Shown here: positions 26,028 through 32,000 of the stretch, in pieces
How the letters are laid out: each line of letters opens with the position of its first letter
How positions within the stretch are numbered: the first letter of the stretch is position 1
Origin: an uncultured Candidatus Saccharibacteria bacterium
Lineage (GTDB): Bacteria > Patescibacteriota > Minisyncoccia > UBA6257 > UBA11618
Direction: 5' to 3'
DNA length: 32,000 bases
Assembly: GCA_964432405.1 (NCBI GenBank)
Contig: CAYSNH010000003.1
Coordinates: forward strand, 3,230 to 35,229
Notes under the pieces: generated by a model
Databases searched by the model: none
Seen by the model: only the letters and a program-made list of their open reading frames with translations
Told to the model about the DNA's origin: nothing
Program-made: the position numbers and the translations under genes

Positions 26028-29000
26028 ATGTTGAATAAGCAGAGATTTAAAAATATTGTTCTCGCTGTTTTTGCAGTATTATTTTTATTAGTTTTGTATA
26101 CCAATTTTTCTGATAGACCAAGTATTTTTTCTTTGATCAATGATAGATTTTTAGCTGGCCATTCTTCACCGGGTTGCATTCCTCTTGTTACCGATGGAAT
26201 TAATCCTGCTGGTGGTGATACGGTTACCTCTACTAATTTTAATTTTGTAATGACTTTTGATGGGCATGATATAGACCCTTTCACGCCAGCTCCATTTGTT
26301 ACACTAACTGACGCAACTCCTGGATCTTCAGTTACATACCAGTGTTGGGCAGGTAGCGGAGGAGGTAGTCCTGTGGCTTCATTTGATGGAGCTACAGTTA
26401 CTTGTCCATTCGTTAATGTTGCGGATGGTACTTATAACGTCACTATTGATGAGACAATAATAGGGGAATTAACATCAATGGACACTGTTTGTAATACTCC
26501 ACACACTGGTTTTACAGTCCTCGATGGCGGCGGAAGTGGCGTTGATCCTGGTCCCCCGTGTGAAGGTTGTGGTAATACTGGCACTCAATTAGAGGTGTAT
26601 ACCTCCGCTTACCGCTGGTATGATAATTCAGACAGAGATAATAATAAGGATGAAGTGGGTGGTAGCTATGGAAAGACCAACGAGCCTTTTAGCTGTGCTT
26701 ATCCAGGCATTCCTGTTCAGCTTAGGATCTTAAACCATATCGAAGCAGGGAAATTAGACCAAAATGGCATGAACCTTTGGACTAAAAAAGTTGAAAGATA
26801 CAAGCTTAAATATGCTAAGAAAAAAACAAAAGACGAGAGATGTGACAAGGTGGATGATTTTCGTTGGAAGGATGTTGGTCTAGCGTCCAATCCTGTTCAA
26901 GAAATTAATTATTGGGATAATTCGCATGAACCTGATGGCATTCCACTAGCTGAGGCTTGGGAGGGTGGTGAAAGAGTTGATCCCGAACATCCAATCTCTA
27001 ATTCACATAGACGAGTATCACAAGAATACATAGACACAGGTGATGAAGGCGATAAATTCTTCACCAATACAAAAGGAGCTTGTAATCAGGGCGATGATTG
27101 TATGTGGAGTTTTGCCTTGGCTGTTAATAAGAGTGTCACAGAAAAATCCTATTATTGTCTAAAAGAAGTGAGAAATTATCCAATAGATGGTGATAGCTCT
27201 GAAGAGCCTCTCGATTATTATTATCACCTTCAAGGATCGCCAGAATCCTATCCCGAACTATCCACTTGTTCATCCAAGAAAGATCTCCAAAAGACAGTTT
27301 CTTTACCGCCAACACTAGACTCCGAAGGTGTTACTAGCGATCAGGTGGATAATGAGCAGCTTTTAGCAGAACAACAGCTGAATAGGGGGCAACGTAGATA
27401 TCAAGAGACTCCTTCAAATATTGCTGCCATTACACCTGGTAATAAGGCTACCGACCTTGGTACTAAAAATAATCCTTTCAGAAGAGCATATACTAATGCA
27501 TTTACCACAAGTAACCGATCTAGCTTTGGGTTTAATCCGAATAATAAGGGCGAGGATCTTCTATTAGTAAGAGGAGATGCTCAGTTTGGAACCGCTACTA
27601 TAAAAATAAACTCTGATGAAGACACTATCTCATTTGGTGACAGTTCTCCAGGAATAATTTTTGGTAAAGGCAATAATTCAGAATTTACATTCTATGACGC
27701 TGCAAATGCTGATGATAAGAATGGCCAGAACTCATTAATAAAAATTATAGATAATGGATCAACCGCTAATCTAGATATCAGTGGCGGTTTAATTGTTAAC
27801 TCTGGAGGCACAAGTGAAAAAGTAATTGTTAATAATAAAAATAAAAAAGCTATTTTCTCAGTTATTACCGATCCTAACCCTGGTATGGGTGGAAAGATTG
27901 GTTTTGGTACAGATAATCCAACTACCGCAATTGAAGCTGTTTCTAATGGAGGGCTTGCACCGACCTTTACTTCTTACAACGATCAGTGGTGGACTACCCC
28001 CGGTTATATTCTTAGAAAATCTCTTGGCACCAAAGATAATCCTAAAGGCGTGACTGGTAAGACGGAGTATGATGACAGTGGCAACCCTACCCGATTTCCA
28101 GAGATTGCTGGGCGCCTCTTGTTTCAGGCTAATGACCGGCCTGAAGGTGAGGCTACTGAATTTGTGGACATAGCAATGATAACTTCTCAATTAGATGGAG
28201 AGGTTGATATTAGCGATGGCAAAAGAATAGTCCCGGGATCTTTGTCCTTCTGGGTTAGGCAAGATGAATCTAATACAAATTCTAAAGCTATGCAATTAGC
28301 TTTATATGTTAATAGTCAGGGTAATATTGGTATTGGTGAATGGGTCCCCACAGTTCGTTTAGAAGTTGCTGAAAAAGATAAAGAGCCTCAGATAAACCTT
28401 ACCAGAGGTGACCTTGCTCGTACTACAAGCATAAGTAAGGATGATGTTATCGGTGCCTTAGCTTTTAGGGGGGATGACAAAGACATTGTTGAAGAGGCTG
28501 ATAAGTTGGGGGAGAAAACAATTGTGGCTAAAATATCAAGCGTGGCTGAAGCTAACTTTGGTGAGAGTGAATCTCCTGGCTCATTAATTTTCTCTACTGG
28601 AAACCCTGCTGCAGGTGAGTCTGTAACGGAAAGATTTAGAATTGATAGCGGCGGACATATAACTATTAAGCCAACTGATCCAGAAGTCATGAAGTCAGGC
28701 TATGTTTTAACTGCTATTGATGAGGACGGTAAGGCTGAGTGGAAGGAGGCTGGTGGTGGTGTGGGAGAAGGTAGTAGTTTTTGGTCAAGAAATGATGAAA
28801 CACCATCACAGGAATACATCTTTCCTGAAATGACAACTGACAAGATTAGTATTGGTACAAGCACACCTGCTACTTACACTCTAGATGTTGTAGGGGATAT
28901 TAATATTAGAGATGATGGAGATGATCATAAAAACTATCTATTAAATGGAGAGCTCTTAGATGTCGTTGATGGATTAACAGCCGTTCAAGAACCTCCAGCA

Positions 29001-31487
29001 TCAAGTGCTATCTCAGCAGGAGAGATAGAATTATTTAAAATTAAAGCTACCGCGAACACTAGTAATGATGTAGAGGTTGGTGGAGCTGAGTTCAACCTCA
29101 CTCTTAGTAATCTAACCCTTGAACCAAACTCTATTGTTGTCAGGTATGACGGAGCTGATTTAATATTGTCAGCTAACGAGATTGCTGCATCTGGTGGCTC
29201 AGGAAAGTTTGTATTTAAAAGTCCAATAGCAATTAGTGGTGATGAGAGTAAAACTTTTTGGGTATACGCTAATGTTCAGTCTCACCAAGCAAATGCTAGT
29301 ATGGTTCGCAGTCTTAAAGGAGTAAATGGTAGAGGGGTAACTCAATGGATTAATACTGCTAAAGGAATCAGTTATGCTAAAGGAAAAGTTGGTTTAGGAG
29401 TTTTTGATCCATCTTATGCCTTAGATGTTTTAGGCGATATTAATGTTTCTGGCGAGTTTTTGGTTAATGGGGAGGCTTTCAGTAGTGGAGGTGACGATGA
29501 CTGGGTTATTGATGGCGATAATATTTATCGAGGAAGCGGTTATGTTGGAGTTGGTACTACCTCTCCTATATCTCAACTATCCCTAGCTACCAGCACTGCT
29601 GTTTCAGGAGGTATTGCTTTTGGCTCCGACACCAATTTCTATCGTTCGGCTGCTAAAACATTAAAAACTGATGGAAAATTAATTGTTGACAGTCTTCAAA
29701 TTGGCGACTCAACAGTTAATTTTGGTTCTGACTTCCTTGAATTTGATACTAATCCTTCAGAAGTTCGTTATAACACCAAATTAAGTTTTAAAAATACAGC
29801 TGAAGAAGGAAAAACTCCTGTCACTTTGGATGGTAATGACATTACTCTTAATGAGCTTAAGGATTGTAGCGTTCTTGAAACAGATGGTGATGGGAAAGTG
29901 CTTTGTGGCGAGGCTGCTGGAGGCTTCACCTCCTTCGATTTAGCTGGTGATTCAGGAGATGATCAAGAAATCACAGATGGCAATAAATTGACTATCGTAG
30001 GGGGTATAGGAATAGACACTAAAGCTGAGGATGCTGACAAATTAACTGTCAGTATAGAAGACAATTCCATCGACTTCACTCATCTCAAAGACACCTTAGC
30101 TCTTGATGCTGATACAATCATCAATCTTTCAAATAAAAAGCTAACTATCGAAGGAAGCAATTCTGTTAAAAGTGAATTTCTTTCTAGCGGAGACGTTAAG
30201 TTAGGCAAAGATCTAGAAGTTACTGGGCAAATCACAATCAAAGGAGGTGCTCCAGGAGCTAACAAGGTCTTAACTTCTAGTGAAACTGGTCTAGCTACCT
30301 GGGAAGAGATGTCTGGAGGTCATGATGAAGTGACCTTGGGCACAGATGATCACGACTACCTATCTATAGAAGGCCAGAAAATCACCTTAGGCAAGCTCGA
30401 TATCTCTGACGACACCAATCTCACAGTTGAAGCTCCATTAGCAATTGCTGCTGATGGCAAACTTACAATCTCCGAAGACTCCATCGACTTCACTCATCTC
30501 AAAGACACCTTAGCTCTTGATGCTGATACAATCATCAATCTTTCAAATAAAAAGCTAACTATCGAAGGAAGCAATTCTGTTAAAAGTGAATTTCTTTCTA
30601 GCGGAGACGTTAAGTTAGGCAAAGATCTAGAAGTTACTGGGCAAATCACAATCAAAGGAGGTGCTCCAGGAGCTAACAAGGTCTTAACTTCTAGTGAAAC
30701 TGGTCTAGCTACCTGGGAAGAGATGTCTGGAGGTCATGATGAAGTGACCTTGGGCACAGATGATCACGACTACCTATCTATAGAAGGCCAGAAAATCACC
30801 TTAGGCAAGCTCGATATCTCTGACGACACCAATCTCACAGTTGAAGCTCCATTAGCAATTGCTGCTGATGGCAAACTTACAATCTCCGAAGACTCCATCG
30901 ACTTCACTCATCTCAAAGACATCCTGACTCTTGATGCGAGCACAGTGGTTAAGTTAGGGGCTAATAATTTCGATCTCCAACTAACAGGCGCAGGAATATT
31001 CCAGATTCTCAAATCTGATAATACTGTGTTGTATAAATTTGAGGATGGTAAGTTAACTGTAGATGGTGATATCGACATCACCGGCAAGTATCTGGTCAAT
31101 GGTCAGGAGTTAGACACGAGCAGCGCTATTAAAGTTGCTTCATTCGAGTTTACTTTCGAAGTTTATAACGATAATTCAGAAACAATTACCGTTGATTTGA
31201 CCGGGGGAGCAGCCTCCTTTGGTTGTAATCGTTGTAGTAGTTTTGGAGTCCTCAAGTCCTCTGGAATTTTTGATAGTAATAGCAATATAATCGTCTCTCC
31301 TAATATTGTGGCTGCTGATATTAGAACCTCTTTCTTCAATAATACTATTGTTCCAGAAGTAAAATCGGTAGTTGGATCTGATGGAAAAATTACCATTAGT
31401 CTTGTAAAGAAAGATATTGGTATCTCTGAATATGGAGGCGCTCCTTATGGAACGGTAAAAATTAGAGTCAACGCTTTTCAATTTTAG
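26028..31487 (+). CDS. Giant membrane-anchored surface protein (1819 aa) with tail-fibre-like repeat modules; putative adhesin
   Basis: Single uninterrupted ORF. N-terminal TM/signal anchor IVLAVFAVLFLLVLY, then a Cys-containing N-terminal region. A G/T/S/D/N-rich body carries five G-x-(V/I)-G-(I/L/F/V)-G...(L)-(D/E)-V modules. An exact 138-aa tandem repeat lies near the C-terminus. Confidence 0.9.
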   Translation: MLNKQRFKNIVLAVFAVLFLLVLYTNFSDRPSIFSLINDRFLAGHSSPGCIPLVTDGINPAGGDTVTSTNFNFVMTFDGHDIDPFTPAPFVTLTDATPGSSVTYQCWAGSGGGSPVASFDGATVTCPFVNVADGTYNVTIDETIIGELTSMDTVCNTPHTGFTVLDGGGSGVDPGPPCEGCGNTGTQLEVYTSAYRWYDNSDRDNNKDEVGGSYGKTNEPFSCAYPGIPVQLRILNHIEAGKLDQNGMNLWTKKVERYKLKYAKKKTKDERCDKVDDFRWKDVGLASNPVQEINYWDNSHEPDGIPLAEAWEGGERVDPEHPISNSHRRVSQEYIDTGDEGDKFFTNTKGACNQGDDCMWSFALAVNKSVTEKSYYCLKEVRNYPIDGDSSEEPLDYYYHLQGSPESYPELSTCSSKKDLQKTVSLPPTLDSEGVTSDQVDNEQLLAEQQLNRGQRRYQETPSNIAAITPGNKATDLGTKNNPFRRAYTNAFTTSNRSSFGFNPNNKGEDLLLVRGDAQFGTATIKINSDEDTISFGDSSPGIIFGKGNNSEFTFYDAANADDKNGQNSLIKIIDNGSTANLDISGGLIVNSGGTSEKVIVNNKNKKAIFSVITDPNPGMGGKIGFGTDNPTTAIEAVSNGGLAPTFTSYNDQWWTTPGYILRKSLGTKDNPKGVTGKTEYDDSGNPTRFPEIAGRLLFQANDRPEGEATEFVDIAMITSQLDGEVDISDGKRIVPGSLSFWVRQDESNTNSKAMQLALYVNSQGNIGIGEWVPTVRLEVAEKDKEPQINLTRGDLARTTSISKDDVIGALAFRGDDKDIVEEADKLGEKTIVAKISSVAEANFGESESPGSLIFSTGNPAAGESVTERFRIDSGGHITIKPTDPEVMKSGYVLTAIDEDGKAEWKEAGGGVGEGSSFWSRNDETPSQEYIFPEMTTDKISIGTSTPATYTLDVVGDINIRDDGDDHKNYLLNGELLDVVDGLTAVQEPPASSAISAGEIELFKIKATANTSNDVEVGGAEFNLTLSNLTLEPNSIVVRYDGADLILSANEIAASGGSGKFVFKSPIAISGDESKTFWVYANVQSHQANASMVRSLKGVNGRGVTQWINTAKGISYAKGKVGLGVFDPSYALDVLGDINVSGEFLVNGEAFSSGGDDDWVIDGDNIYRGSGYVGVGTTSPISQLSLATSTAVSGGIAFGSDTNFYRSAAKTLKTDGKLIVDSLQIGDSTVNFGSDFLEFDTNPSEVRYNTKLSFKNTAEEGKTPVTLDGNDITLNELKDCSVLETDGDGKVLCGEAAGGFTSFDLAGDSGDDQEITDGNKLTIVGGIGIDTKAEDADKLTVSIEDNSIDFTHLKDTLALDADTIINLSNKKLTIEGSNSVKSEFLSSGDVKLGKDLEVTGQITIKGGAPGANKVLTSSETGLATWEEMSGGHDEVTLGTDDHDYLSIEGQKITLGKLDISDDTNLTVEAPLAIAADGKLTISEDSIDFTHLKDTLALDADTIINLSNKKLTIEGSNSVKSEFLSSGDVKLGKDLEVTGQITIKGGAPGANKVLTSSETGLATWEEMSGGHDEVTLGTDDHDYLSIEGQKITLGKLDISDDTNLTVEAPLAIAADGKLTISEDSIDFTHLKDILTLDASTVVKLGANNFDLQLTGAGIFQILKSDNTVLYKFEDGKLTVDGDIDITGKYLVNGQELDTSSAIKVASFEFTFEVYNDNSETITVDLTGGAASFGCNRCSSFGVLKSSGIFDSNSNIIVSPNIVAADIRTSFFNNTIVPEVKSVVGSDGKITISLVKKDIGISEYGGAPYGTVKIRVNAFQF
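30066..30921 (+). repeat. Perfect in-frame tandem repeat, period 414 nt (138 aa), about 2.07 copies, inside the giant gene
   Basis: 30066-30479 and 30480-30893 are identical by direct comparison. The match continues 28 nt into a third, otherwise diverged unit and breaks at 30922. Confidence 0.95.
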
Positions 31488-31521
31488 AAATTAACAATGT
31501 TATTATTAATAAGAAGATAAT

Positions 31522-32000
31522 ATGAAAGATCAATCACCAAAATCATTTAGCGCAGTTTCTTTAACAGTTCTTATTTTAGTTACTCTATTATTATTTTCTT
31601 CTAGCAGTCCTTTATTGGCTAGTAGCGTTTTTCAAAACTTTTTAGCTCAGCTAAGAATATTGGGATCTAATAATCAGCCAAGTAATAGTGTTTTTGTTGA
31701 TACGGAGGGCAATGTCGGTATCGGCAAAACCGATCCAACCACTGAGCTTGATGTAGAGGGTACAATTACAGCAACTAAATTTAAAAACGCTAACGGTGAA
31801 GAGTTAGGAGGGAGTGTTTGGACTGTTGATGGTGATAATATTTATCGAGAAGAGGGGGCTGTTGGTATTGGTACTAGTAGTCCGCGAGGGTCATTTGAGG
31901 TTAAGCAGGCAGCAGACGCTACATTAATTGTTGAGGATGGTGATCGGGCTAACGCAGTTCAATTAAGGTTTGACGATGAGAACAATAGTCCCATAAGAGC
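31522..32000 (+). CDS. Second tail-fibre-like surface protein, N-terminal part (runs off the window); paralogue of the giant protein
   Basis: ATG at 31522 and open to the window end. Signal/TM segment SLTVLILVTLLLFSSSSPLLA. Carries modules GNVGIGKTDPTTELDVEGTITAT and VWTVDGDNIYREEGAVGIGTSSP; compare DWVIDGDNIYRGSGYVGVGTTSP in the giant ORF. Confidence 0.75.
   Translation, partial: MKDQSPKSFSAVSLTVLILVTLLLFSSSSPLLASSVFQNFLAQLRILGSNNQPSNSVFVDTEGNVGIGKTDPTTELDVEGTITATKFKNANGEELGGSVWTVDGDNIYREEGAVGIGTSSPRGSFEVKQAADATLIVEDGDRANAVQLRFDDENNSPIR

Noticed and set aside
30080-30679. Two identical 61-aa antisense ORFs (30080-30265, 30494-30679) that could suggest a duplicated small gene or an IS fragment
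   Set aside because: They are simply the antisense shadow of the 414-bp tandem repeat inside the giant gene. There are no terminal inverted repeats and no transposase-like sequence.
30066-30921. CRISPR array or DGR template/variable repeat pair
   Set aside because: The repeat unit is 414 nt, in frame and contiguous with no spacers, so it is not CRISPR. The copies are identical rather than differing at adenines, and no reverse transcriptase is present in the window, so there is no evidence for a DGR here.

Overview
Low-GC, very tightly packed bacterial chromosome segment. By eye, typical genes are about 35-38% GC. Gene spacings of 2-11 nt or short overlaps are common. The content is almost all housekeeping. 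A + strand block runs nusA(3' end)-hppA-tig-clpP-tyrS. A - strand block runs htpX-argS-ddl plus a membrane protein. infB-rbfA follow on +, then valS-prsW, tsaD, recG and cca, with 8 scattered tRNA genes. Trimmed core proteins (IF2 492 aa, ValRS 713 aa), 3D-domain and PrsW proteins, and a giant surface protein fit a streamlined, possibly episymbiotic CPR/Patescibacteria-like organism; this is inference only, since there is no rRNA in the window. Standard genetic code. No CRISPR array, integrase, transposase or rRNA is visible. Main points worth a second look: (1) A 1819-aa membrane-anchored giant protein (26028-31487) is followed by a paralogous ORF. Both carry tail-fibre-like G-x-V/I-G-I/L-G...L-D/E-V modules, and the giant gene contains a nucleotide-perfect 414-bp tandem duplication. 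(2) A close homologue of phage Mu Gam sits alone directly 3' of tRNA-Cys/tRNA-Leu, with atypical codon usage. (3) Four compositionally atypical monocistronic islets lie next to tRNA genes. (4) An orphan unit of about 300 nt (20507-20836) has its own promoter and terminator, no long ORF, and a long-range SD/anti-SD helix. (5) The tRNA-Arg pair is GCG plus UCG, an archaeal-style set that would not need TadA. All coordinates and homology calls were made by eye without tools. tRNA ends are +/- 2 nt.
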